Assembly (NCBI GenBank): GCA_016210585.1
Contig: JACQTX010000044.1
Span: 1-47,546, forward strand
Source of the DNA: Chloroflexota bacterium
GTDB taxonomy: Bacteria; Chloroflexota; Dehalococcoidia; Dehalococcoidales; JAFGLR01
Reading direction: 5' to 3'
DNA length: 47,546 nucleotides
Positions within the stretch are counted from its first letter, which is position 1. The number at the start of each line of letters is the position of its first letter. Below are positions 16,721 to 25,031 of this stretch, one piece after another. The position numbers and the translations under genes were made by a program. Below the pieces are notes generated by a model. That model was not told where the DNA came from and did not search any database. It saw nothing but the letters and a program-made list of their open reading frames with translations.

Positions 16721-18073
16721 ATGAACCAAGTAAGAGAAAACCTATTCCTGCAGTTTTCCATCGTAAGCTTTGTAGCCCTGGTCATAATAGCGTTTGTTCT
16801 TAACGCTTCCATCGCTTCTGCTGTCCGCTCGCATGCCGAAGCCGCCCTAGCCAGCGAGGCAGTAGCTATGGCATCGAACCACCTCGTTGCCAGAATCACA
16901 CTGGCAGACCTTGAAACCCCGATGACTGGGGATCGGTATGACCGTTTTGACGCATTTGTGAAGACATCTATACTTAGCGGAAACACAGCCCGGGTAAAGG
17001 TGTGGGCCAAAGACGGAACGATAATCTATTCTGATAGCCGTGAAGCGGTAGGGAAGAAATTCCCTACAAACGAGCGGATGTTGCGGGCATTGAACGGCGA
17101 AACTATTGCTGAGATAGAAAAACCGGAGAGTGAAGAGACTGAAACGGAAGCGTCTCTCGGGGTCCTGATGTCCGTATATACTCCCATCGTTTTCGCAGAC
17201 ATCAGCGAGGCTAAGGGAGTCTTTGAGATTTACCAGTACTACGAGCCAACAGGACAGCTCATCGCCAAGCTGCACAGATGGGCTTCGTTATCAATCAGTG
17301 CTGGGTTCTTGCTGCTTTACGGTGCGCTGGTAGGCATTGTGTGGCGAGGCTGGCGGACTATTAAGCGGCAGCAAGCGGCACTGGTCACCTCAGACCGGCT
17401 GGCCTCCATCGGTGAGCTAGTCTCGGGCGTTGCTCATGAGATTAATAACCCGTTGACTAGCGTTATCGGGTTTTCCCAGCTATTGCTGGAAAAAGACGTC
17501 TCACCGGATATCAAGAGTGACCTGCAAGTGGTCCATGACGAGGCCCAGCGCACAGGGAGAATAGTGAAAAACCTGCTCAGCTTTGCCCGCCAGCAGGCAC
17601 CTATCAAACAGCTGACAAACGTAAACAGCGTTATCGAGAGAGTGCTCGCCTTGCGTGCCTATGAGCAGAAAGTAAACAACATCCAAGTCAATGCGCAGCT
17701 TGCCCCGGGTCTGCCGGAAATCATGGCCGACCCGTCACAGCTGCAACAGGTATTTTTCAACCTGGTTATCAACGCCGAGCACTTTATGCTAAAGGCACAT
17801 AAGCGTGGCACCCTGACCATATTGACGGAGAAGTCTGGCAGAACGGTGAGGGTTACCTTTACCGATGACGGTCCCGGTATTCCGAAGGAGCATATGAAGC
17901 GTCTGTTCACCCCCTTCTTTACGACAAAAGAGGTCGGCAAGGGCACCGGGCTGGGACTTAGCATTTGCTATGGCATAATAACCAGGCATGGTGGCCGAAT
18001 CTACGCTGAAAGTGAGCCGGGCAAAGGGGCTACCTTTATCGTGGAGCTGCCGATTACGCAGCAGCTTAAATAG
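16721..18073 (+). CDS. sensor histidine kinase (two TM helices, extracytoplasmic sensor, HisKA + HATPase_c)
   Basis: H-box SGVAHEINNPLT, plus N (NLVINAEHF), G1 (DDGPGI) and G2 (GKGTGLGLS) boxes. TM helices at about aa 8-30 and 187-208 flank a sensor domain of about 155 aa. No response regulator gene is adjacent. Confidence 0.85.
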   Translation: MNQVRENLFLQFSIVSFVALVIIAFVLNASIASAVRSHAEAALASEAVAMASNHLVARITLADLETPMTGDRYDRFDAFVKTSILSGNTARVKVWAKDGTIIYSDSREAVGKKFPTNERMLRALNGETIAEIEKPESEETETEASLGVLMSVYTPIVFADISEAKGVFEIYQYYEPTGQLIAKLHRWASLSISAGFLLLYGALVGIVWRGWRTIKRQQAALVTSDRLASIGELVSGVAHEINNPLTSVIGFSQLLLEKDVSPDIKSDLQVVHDEAQRTGRIVKNLLSFARQQAPIKQLTNVNSVIERVLALRAYEQKVNNIQVNAQLAPGLPEIMADPSQLQQVFFNLVINAEHFMLKAHKRGTLTILTEKSGRTVRVTFTDDGPGIPKEHMKRLFTPFFTTKEVGKGTGLGLSICYGIITRHGGRIYAESEPGKGATFIVELPITQQLK

Positions 18074-18277
18074 ATATCCGTGACTTTCTTCCTGAAAACA
18101 ACTTTTTCTTTCTCGCCTCGTATCGCCATGCGGTGGTAGATTCAGCCGGCATCCAGATACCAGACCGTCCTGGATTCCGGTTGGAGTTTACCCCGTTCAC
18201 GGTGGACTGTTCAAGGTGTTACCCGTGCTTCGACACGAGGCCGGAATGGACAGCGGTTGTATTTTCGGGGTGATAAC

Positions 18278-19393
18278 ATGCACTCCTCAGAACTCAATAT
18301 TGCCATCATCGGTGCCGGGGTCATTGGCCTGGCCGTAGCGGCGGAAATGGCACAGAAGCACAGGGGCGTCTATGTCTTCGAGAGAAACCGCACCTTCGGC
18401 CTGGAGACGAGCAGTCGGAACAGCGAGGTCATCCACGCCGGTATCTACAATCCCCCCGGCTCGCTGAAGGCAAAGCTCTGCGTCGAAGGCAGAGAGCTAC
18501 TCTATGAGCTTTGTGCGCGCCACGGCATCAGCCATCGTAAGCTAGGCAAAATCATTGTGGCCGTGGACGAAGATGAATTCGGGAAGCTGGAAAGGCTCTG
18601 CGAGCAGGGCAGAGAGAATGGTGTTGACGATTTGCGTTTTCTCTCCCGAAAAGAGCTAAGACAGCTTGAGCCGGAGGTAGAAGGTATCGGTGGCTTGCTC
18701 TCCCCTTCCACCGGCATCCTTGACGTCCATGCCCTGATGAGCTTCTTTCACAGCCAGGCAAAACGAAGTGGTGCTGAGTTCGTCTTCAACGCGGAGGTGA
18801 TTGGCCTGGAAAAGACCGGCACAAAATACCGCCTGGGCGTCAGGGATAGAGAGGGTATCCAGTCTGTTCTTGCCAGAATAGTCATAAACTGTGCTAGCCT
18901 GAACTCAGACCAGATAGCCCAACTCGCTGGCATTGACACCTCGGAAGCAGGCTACAGGCTTCACTACTGCAAAGGGGAATATTTCAGCCTCAGCCCGCCG
19001 CAGCGCGATCTGGTCAGCCGGCTTGTTTATCCGGTCCCGGAGGAATCAGGGCTGGGCATTCACATCACCCGTGATATCGAAGGGAAGCTGCGGCTCGGCC
19101 CCAATGCCTATTACATAGATAACATAGACTATAAGGTGGACGATACTCATAAAGAAGCCTTCTACCAGGCGGTCAAGAGATTTCTGCCCGCTATTGAACG
19201 GGAATGGCTGGCCCCCGATTTCGCCGGTATCCGGTCCAAGCTCCAGGGACCGGGCGACGGTTTCCGTGACTTCGTCATCGCTCATGAGGACAAGCGCGGT
19301 CTGCCCGGCCTTATCAACCTCATCGGTATTGAGTCTCCCGGCCTCACCGCCTCGCCGGCTGTTGCGAGATACGTGGCGGGAATGATAGAATAA
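18278..19393 (+). CDS. FAD-dependent oxidoreductase, L-2-hydroxyglutarate oxidase/dehydrogenase (LhgO)-like
   Basis: I prefer ATG 18278 over the track's TTG at 18257. It has an N-terminal Rossmann IAIIGAGVIGLAVAAE, plus SSRNSEVIHAGIY and a C-terminal GIESPGLTASPAVA block typical of this DAO-type subfamily. Confidence 0.7.
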   Translation: MHSSELNIAIIGAGVIGLAVAAEMAQKHRGVYVFERNRTFGLETSSRNSEVIHAGIYNPPGSLKAKLCVEGRELLYELCARHGISHRKLGKIIVAVDEDEFGKLERLCEQGRENGVDDLRFLSRKELRQLEPEVEGIGGLLSPSTGILDVHALMSFFHSQAKRSGAEFVFNAEVIGLEKTGTKYRLGVRDREGIQSVLARIVINCASLNSDQIAQLAGIDTSEAGYRLHYCKGEYFSLSPPQRDLVSRLVYPVPEESGLGIHITRDIEGKLRLGPNAYYIDNIDYKVDDTHKEAFYQAVKRFLPAIEREWLAPDFAGIRSKLQGPGDGFRDFVIAHEDKRGLPGLINLIGIESPGLTASPAVARYVAGMIE

Positions 19394-19395
19394 GC

Positions 19396-19872
19396 ATGTT
19401 ATCGGGGTTTGTTGTGGCTGACGAGCTAGCGAAAATCTTAGCATCATACCGGGGCAACAGAAGCGAGCTACTGTCCATTCTGCGAGAAGTGCAGGACACC
19501 TTCAACTATCTACCGGAAGAAGCCATGCGGCAGGTGGCCAAGTTCATTGGCATTCCGGAAAGCCAACTCTACTCTGTGGCCTCTTTCTACTCTCATTTCC
19601 GCCTGACGCCACTGGGTCGGAAGCGGATTTCCGTCTGCCGCGGCACGGCCTGTCACATTCGCGGTGCCCCGCAGGTCATAGAGGAGGCCGGGCGTCTCCT
19701 TGGCGTCAAGGAATCGGAGACAACACCTGACCTGGAATATACCCTGGAGACTGTGGCCTGTATCGGCTGCTGTGCACTGGCACCCTGCCTGCGTGTGAAT
19801 GAGGAAGTCCACGGCGAGGTGACGCTGAAGAAGGTGCGGGAGCTACTGCCCGACTTGAACAATGGAGCATAG
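19396..19872 (+). CDS. NuoE/HydC-like [2Fe-2S] thioredoxin-fold subunit
   Basis: CRGTACHIRG ... CIGCCALAPC Cys pattern. 158 aa. It starts 2 nt after the upstream stop. Confidence 0.85.
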   Translation: MLSGFVVADELAKILASYRGNRSELLSILREVQDTFNYLPEEAMRQVAKFIGIPESQLYSVASFYSHFRLTPLGRKRISVCRGTACHIRGAPQVIEEAGRLLGVKESETTPDLEYTLETVACIGCCALAPCLRVNEEVHGEVTLKKVRELLPDLNNGA

Positions 19873-21499
19873 CATGGCGGACGGGCAGTGCACAGTGACA
19901 GTTTGCCAGGGGACTGGCTGTATCTCCAATGGCGCCGACCGGCTCTACGCCGCGTTGCAGGCCGAAGTGGTTCGACTCAACCTCGGTGACAGTATTCACG
20001 TCAAGCAGACTGGTTGCCAGGGCTTCTGCCAGCGCGGACCGCTCGTTATCACCAGGCCTGATGGCACCTTCCATTGCAGGGTCACACCGGAAGACGTCCC
20101 CGATTTTGTCCAATCGCTTTTGCCTGGCGGCAAGCCTGCCGAGCGCCTCTACTATCGCGACATGGTGACGGCGCGGGCGACAGCCCACTGGGCGGATATT
20201 CCCTTCTACTACCAGCAGGAGCGCCGTGTCCTGCGCAACTGCGGGCATATTGACCCGGAGAATATCGAGGAATACATAGCCGCTGGCGGCTACCGGGCAC
20301 TGCACCGTGCCCTGTTTGAGATGGCGCCGGAGGAGGTTATCGCCGAGGTCAAACGCTCCGGGCTGCGCGGGCTGGGCGGCGCCGGTTTCCCGGCAGGGCG
20401 CAAGTGGGAGAGCTGCCGGAAAGCCCCAGGCGAGCCGAAGTTCGTCATCTGCAATGCCGACGAGGGCGACCCCGGTGCTTTTCAGGACCGCTCGCTTTTG
20501 GAGGGCGACCCCCACTCCGTTCTGGAAGGCATGACCATCGCCGCCTACGCGGTAGGTGCTCACAAAGGCTTCGTCTATGTTCGCGCCGAGTACCCACTGG
20601 CTGTGAGGCGCCTTGGGGTTGCCGTGACGCAGATGCGGGAAAAGGGCTATCTGGGCAAAGGCATCCTGGGCAGCGGCTTTGATTTCGATATCGAAATCTT
20701 CCAGGGCGCCGGGGCTTTCGTCTGTGGCGAGTCAACAGCCCTGGTGCTCTCCATCGAAGGCAAACGTGGTATGCCTAAGGCACTGCCCCGGCCGCGCACG
20801 TCCGAGGTCGGCCTGTGGGGTAAGCCTACCCTGCTCAACAACGTGAAGACCTTTGGCAACGTCCCGCTCATTATCGCCCACGGCGCCGATTGGTTTGCTC
20901 GCCTGGGCAATGCGCAGAGCAAGGGCACGGCTATCTTCTCCCTTACGGGCAAAATTGTCAATAGCGGCCTCATCGAGGTGCCTATGGGCACCCGGCTACG
21001 TGAGGTTATCTATGACATCGGCGGGGGGATTCCTGACGGGCGGGCTTTCAAGGCGGTACAAACGGGCGGGCCTTCCGGTGGCTGCCTGCCAGCCTCCATG
21101 CTCAACATGCCCGTGGACTTTGATTCCCTCAAGGCTGCCGGCTCCATGATGGGGTCGGGCGGCATGGTAATCATGGATGAGGACACGTGCATGGTTGATG
21201 TGGCCCGCTATTTCCTCGATTTCTCGCGCCGCGAGTCCTGCGGGCAGTGCACCCCTTGCCGTGTGGGCACGCAGCAGATGTTTGCCATTCTGGATGATAT
21301 TACGCAGAGGAAAGGCAAGCCGGGTGACATCGAAGTGCTTTTGGAGCTGGGCGAGGCAATGGCGCAGACCTCCATCTGTGCCCTGGGCCAGACGGCGCCC
21401 AATCCCGTGCTGACCACTATCCGCCACTTCCGCTCCGAGTATGAAGCCCATATTTACGAGAAGCGATGTCCGGCCGGCGCCTGCCGGGCATACCTGTAG
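19862..21499 (+). CDS. NuoF/HydB-like NAD(H)-binding FMN/[4Fe-4S] subunit with N-terminal [2Fe-2S] domain
   Basis: GLRGLGGAGFPAGRKW, CNADEGDPGAF, GAGAFVCGESTAL, ESCGQCTPCRVG and ICALGQTAPNPV blocks. It overlaps the nuoE-like gene by 11 nt. Confidence 0.9.
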   Translation: MEHSMADGQCTVTVCQGTGCISNGADRLYAALQAEVVRLNLGDSIHVKQTGCQGFCQRGPLVITRPDGTFHCRVTPEDVPDFVQSLLPGGKPAERLYYRDMVTARATAHWADIPFYYQQERRVLRNCGHIDPENIEEYIAAGGYRALHRALFEMAPEEVIAEVKRSGLRGLGGAGFPAGRKWESCRKAPGEPKFVICNADEGDPGAFQDRSLLEGDPHSVLEGMTIAAYAVGAHKGFVYVRAEYPLAVRRLGVAVTQMREKGYLGKGILGSGFDFDIEIFQGAGAFVCGESTALVLSIEGKRGMPKALPRPRTSEVGLWGKPTLLNNVKTFGNVPLIIAHGADWFARLGNAQSKGTAIFSLTGKIVNSGLIEVPMGTRLREVIYDIGGGIPDGRAFKAVQTGGPSGGCLPASMLNMPVDFDSLKAAGSMMGSGGMVIMDEDTCMVDVARYFLDFSRRESCGQCTPCRVGTQQMFAILDDITQRKGKPGDIEVLLELGEAMAQTSICALGQTAPNPVLTTIRHFRSEYEAHIYEKRCPAGACRAYL

Positions 21500-21506
21500 G
21501 GTTTGT

Positions 21507-21585
21507 AGCTATCAGCAGTCAGCCTTCGGTTTGTGTATTGTAAATAATCAATAAGCTGATAGCTGAAAGCTGATTGCTGATAGCT
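21507..21585. repeat. palindromic intercistronic repeat (agctatcagc family)
   Basis: The arms agctatcagcagtcagc (21507-21523) and gctgattgctgatagct (21569-21585) are 16/17 complementary. It shares 13-nt agctgattgctga and 10-nt gctgaaagct with 42829-42897. Confidence 0.6.
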
Positions 21586-21600
21586 TCGTGTTGGGGTCTG

Positions 21601-24156
21601 ATGGAAACAGTTACACTGACAATTGACGGTCGAAACGTGGTTGCCGAGCGGGGCATCACTGTCCTTGAGGCAGCGCTTGAGAATGGCATCTACATCCCGC
21701 ACCTGTGCTACCACCCGGACTTCGAGTCACATAGTGCCTGTCGGCTGTGCCTGGTTGACACCGGCGATGGCGAGCTTTTGCCCTCCTGCCGACTGACGGT
21801 AGCACCAGGTATGGTTGTTACGACCAATAGCCAGATGATTGAGCGGGCGCGCCGCTCCATACTGGAGATGATGGTCGCCGACCACCATACCACCTGCCGG
21901 GGTTGCCCCAGCAGCGGGCAGTGTGAGCTACAACGGATTATGGGACGGCTGCGCATAGACCGCAAACGTCTCGAAAGGCTGAGATGGCCCACTGAGGATT
22001 TACCACGCGACACGTCCAATCCCTTCTTCGACTTTGACCCCAACAGATGCGTGCTCTGCGGCATTTGCGTCAAGACCTGCGAGGAGATCCAGGGGGCTGA
22101 TGCCATCTATTACACCGCCCGGGGTAATATGACCCGGATCGCCCCCTTCGGCAACAAGCCGTTCGCCCAGTCCCGCTGCGAGTCCTGTGGCGAGTGTGTA
22201 GTCCGGTGCCCCGTCGGGGCTCTGGTGACGAAGAACGTCCAGCGTCCCAAGCAAGAGGTAAAGTCGGTCTGCCCTTACTGCGGGGTTGGCTGCGGTATCT
22301 ATCTGGGTATCCGCGAGGGCGTCATCGTTGATGTGCGCGGTGATACGGCAAGCCCCGTCAATGGCGGCCACCTCTGCGTGAGAGGTCGCTACGGCTGGCG
22401 CTTTGTCCATTCGCCGGAGCGTCTCACGACGCCGCTTGTCAAGAAGAGCGGTGAGCTTGTTCCGGCGTCCTGGGACGAAGCTTTGAGTCTGGTGGCGGAA
22501 AGACTGGCTGGCTACCGCGGCGACCGGTTTGCTATGGTTACCTCAATCAAGCTCACCAACGAAGAGGCTTATCTGGCGCAGAAGTTCGCCCGGACAGTTA
22601 TGGACAGCAACAACATAGATAGCGATGCCCGCCTGTCTGACGCGCCCACACTGGCAGCCTTGCAGAGGACGGTGGGCATGGGTGCCACCAGCCCGCTCAG
22701 TGAGCTGGCGCAGGCAGCTACCATTCTGGCTATTGGGACAAATGCTACCGAGACGCATCCAGTGGTTGGAGCGCGGCTAAGGCAGGCGGCGCGCCGGGGT
22801 GCCTCCCTCATTGTGGCCAATCCACGCGAAATTGACCTCTGCCGCCACGCCAGGATGTGGCTGAGGCCGCACCTGGGCACGGACGTAGCTCTTATCATGG
22901 GGATATGCCGTGTCATTCTGGAAGAAGGGCTGGTGGACGCCAGTCTTGTTGATGAGAAGGCTGCCGGTCTTACGGCCTGGCGTGAGTCACTGCGTGACTT
23001 CAGCCTGGGACGGGTGGAGCGGATTACGGGTGTTCCCCAGGAGGAAATAGCAGAAGCTGCCCGTCTCCTGGCCAGCGGGCCGACGGCTATCGTCTATGGT
23101 GCTGGGATTACCCAACATACCCATGGAACGGACAACGTCCTGGCGCTCATCAATCTGGCGCTGCTTCTCAATACTGGCAACGATAGTCTGAGGCTTTACC
23201 CGCTCCAGGCGCATAACAATGCTTTGGGTGTCTGTGACATGGGCTGCCTGCCGGACTACTTGCCCGGTTATGCGGCCGTGGCTGACGCATCGGTCCGTGA
23301 GCGGCTCGCAGCCGTCTGGAAAGCTGATTTGCCGGCTAGTCCTGGCCGGACCCTGACAGAGATGTGGTCGGCACTGGCGTCGGGGACGGTGAAGGCATTA
23401 TACCTTGTGGGTGCTGACCCCTTGTCAACTATGCCCGGCCATGAGGCAGTACGGCAAGCCCTTGCGTCCGCGGCGTTCGTAGTTGTCCAGGACATGTTCC
23501 TCACCGAGACGGCCAGGCACGCCGATGTCGTTCTACCGGCCGCCAGCTTCGCGGAGCAGGAGGGAACTTTCACCAATATGGAGCGGCGCCTGCAGCGCGT
23601 CCGTAGAGCTATATCACCGGTGGGTGACTCTCGCCCGGGCTGGCAGATTATCACCGAGCTGGCCGGCAGGATGGGTAGCAAAGGTTTCGCTTTCGGCAGT
23701 GCGGCAGAAATAATGGCAGAGGTCGCTGCACTGGTCCCGCCATACGAAAAAGCGAGCCCGGAGGAAAGCACACTATGTAGCTTCCCCGCGGCTGACAGAC
23801 GCTTCGCGCCACTGGCATATGAGCCAGTGGAGAAGATTGCCGATATTGACTACCCATTGCTCCTGGTCACAGAAAGCTGCTTATACCATCATGGTAACTG
23901 GTCAGCCAGAGTGGCCGGACTCAAGGTGCTGGCGGACGAGCCATTTCTACAGGTAAATCCAAAGGATGCCGCGGACTACGGTGTCACGAATGGCCAGATG
24001 GTGCAGGTCGCGTCAAAGCAGGGGGAAATGGTCACAAAAGCTATTGTTTCGGATGTCACGCCGCCCGGCGTGGTGACTCTGAAGGGCGGCGCCCAAGACC
24101 TTCAGGCGTTGCAGGCTGGGCTGACGGCGGTCCGTATAGTCCCCCAAACAGAATGA
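21601..24156 (+). CDS. formate-dehydrogenase-alpha-like molybdopterin-family subunit with substituted active site (Ser/Asp/Gln)
   Basis: I prefer ATG 21601 (METVTLTIDGR...). The N-terminal 2Fe-2S and 4Fe-4S motifs and CPYCGVGC are conserved. The active-site block reads DSDARLSDAPT instead of HCARL(U/C)HAPT, and YPLQAHNNALG instead of NPLRGQNNVQG. Confidence 0.85.
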   Translation: METVTLTIDGRNVVAERGITVLEAALENGIYIPHLCYHPDFESHSACRLCLVDTGDGELLPSCRLTVAPGMVVTTNSQMIERARRSILEMMVADHHTTCRGCPSSGQCELQRIMGRLRIDRKRLERLRWPTEDLPRDTSNPFFDFDPNRCVLCGICVKTCEEIQGADAIYYTARGNMTRIAPFGNKPFAQSRCESCGECVVRCPVGALVTKNVQRPKQEVKSVCPYCGVGCGIYLGIREGVIVDVRGDTASPVNGGHLCVRGRYGWRFVHSPERLTTPLVKKSGELVPASWDEALSLVAERLAGYRGDRFAMVTSIKLTNEEAYLAQKFARTVMDSNNIDSDARLSDAPTLAALQRTVGMGATSPLSELAQAATILAIGTNATETHPVVGARLRQAARRGASLIVANPREIDLCRHARMWLRPHLGTDVALIMGICRVILEEGLVDASLVDEKAAGLTAWRESLRDFSLGRVERITGVPQEEIAEAARLLASGPTAIVYGAGITQHTHGTDNVLALINLALLLNTGNDSLRLYPLQAHNNALGVCDMGCLPDYLPGYAAVADASVRERLAAVWKADLPASPGRTLTEMWSALASGTVKALYLVGADPLSTMPGHEAVRQALASAAFVVVQDMFLTETARHADVVLPAASFAEQEGTFTNMERRLQRVRRAISPVGDSRPGWQIITELAGRMGSKGFAFGSAAEIMAEVAALVPPYEKASPEESTLCSFPAADRRFAPLAYEPVEKIADIDYPLLLVTESCLYHHGNWSARVAGLKVLADEPFLQVNPKDAADYGVTNGQMVQVASKQGEMVTKAIVSDVTPPGVVTLKGGAQDLQALQAGLTAVRIVPQTE

Positions 24157-24205
24157 CCATTCCCTCAGGAGTGGCCATTATCGTTTCCCGTGTATTGGGC
24201 CTTGG

Positions 24206-24367
24206 TTACTCTTTGTCACATTCCCGGCAAACAATGAGCGGCGGGAAGAAGCGAGTTGAGACCAACACTTCATCCAGCGGCTTGGTCTCCCCGCACAGTT
24301 GACACTTGAAGGTAGTGGCTCCCTTCTCTGGAAGCTCGCTACTTTTTGGTGACGTCTTCGTGGTCAT
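24206..24367 (-). CDS. candidate small CxxC...CxxC protein, 53 aa
   Basis: Not in the ORF track. Sequence MTTKTSPKSSELPEKGATTFKCQLCGETKPLDEVLVSTRFFPPLIVCRECDKE. The ATG overlaps the 3' end of the FmdB-like gene by 29 nt. I saw no clear RBS. Confidence 0.3.
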   Translation of the reverse strand: MTTKTSPKSSELPEKGATTFKCQLCGETKPLDEVLVSTRFFPPLIVCRECDKE

Positions 24368-24626
24368 GCCCTTCCCCCTTTGACTCGGCTTTGGCGCTGG
24401 GAGTTTTCTCTTTCTCCTTGTCGCCGTTGCGGTGAGGCAGGCTGTGGCTTTGCTTATGGTCGGTGCAGTAGAAGCCAGGACCCTTGAAAATCACCGCCAC
24501 CGGTGAGAAGATACGTTTGGTGCTGCCGCCGCATTGCGGACAGCATACCGGGCTATTATCGTGAAAGCTCCGCGTTAGCTCGAACTGGGACGAACAACTG
24601 TCACATTGATACTCGTAGATGGGCAA
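24339..24626 (-). CDS. FmdB-family putative regulatory Zn-ribbon protein
   Basis: I prefer the TTG start at 24626, after GGAGG, which gives the family-typical MPIYEYQCDSC...CPQCG N-terminus. The tail is Lys/Glu/His-rich. Confidence 0.75.
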   Translation of the reverse strand: MPIYEYQCDSCSSQFELTRSFHDNSPVCCPQCGGSTKRIFSPVAVIFKGPGFYCTDHKQSHSLPHRNGDKEKEKTPSAKAESKGEGHDHEDVTKK

Positions 24627-24838
24627 GGCTCTCAACCTCCTCAACCAACAGGTTGATCAAAAAAGGCGTCTAGTCATGAGAAGCGGACAAGCTTAGCAAT
24701 CTCATCACTAGACTGCTAATATTTTAGCGAAAATCACCCAGTCTCGTCAAGTATTGCGGCGTGGCCCCAAGCCAAGGGTTTGTTCTCAAATCGGTGACCT
24801 CCTGGATTCTAACGATGAATTGACCCCCCACAAGAAAT

Positions 24839-24992
24839 GTCTTTGCGAGACCATTCCTTCGCAGAAGGAAGCCTGCCCTGAGCGGAGCCGAAGGGGCGAA
24901 GCAATCTGCGATTCGCACCCGCTGGCCCACAATTCGGAGATTGCTTCGGCTCCGCCCTTCGACGAGCTCAGGGCGGATGCGCTCGCAATGAT
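24839..24992. mobile_element. MITE-like palindromic element, copy 1
   Basis: An element of about 150 nt with imperfect terminal inverted repeats (ctttgcgag / ctcgcaatg) and internal 10-bp arms ggagccgaag / cttcggctcc. It is co-linear with the reverse complement of 47213-47343, sharing the blocks ccattcctt, cgattcgcacccgc, cttcggctcc and gatgcg.tcgc.atga. Confidence 0.55.
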
Positions 24993-25031
24993 ATCCGGCG
25001 GCCCTCTCCAAAGCCCGGTATCGGGGACCAC

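Noticed and set aside
21574-21600. Track-proposed upstream alternative starts (e.g. 21574, 2190, 7185, 18257, 25628, 26385, 36542, 44645).
   Set aside because: In each case a downstream start has a proper Shine-Dalgarno sequence and gives the family-typical N-terminus. The extension at 21574 lies inside a repeat element.
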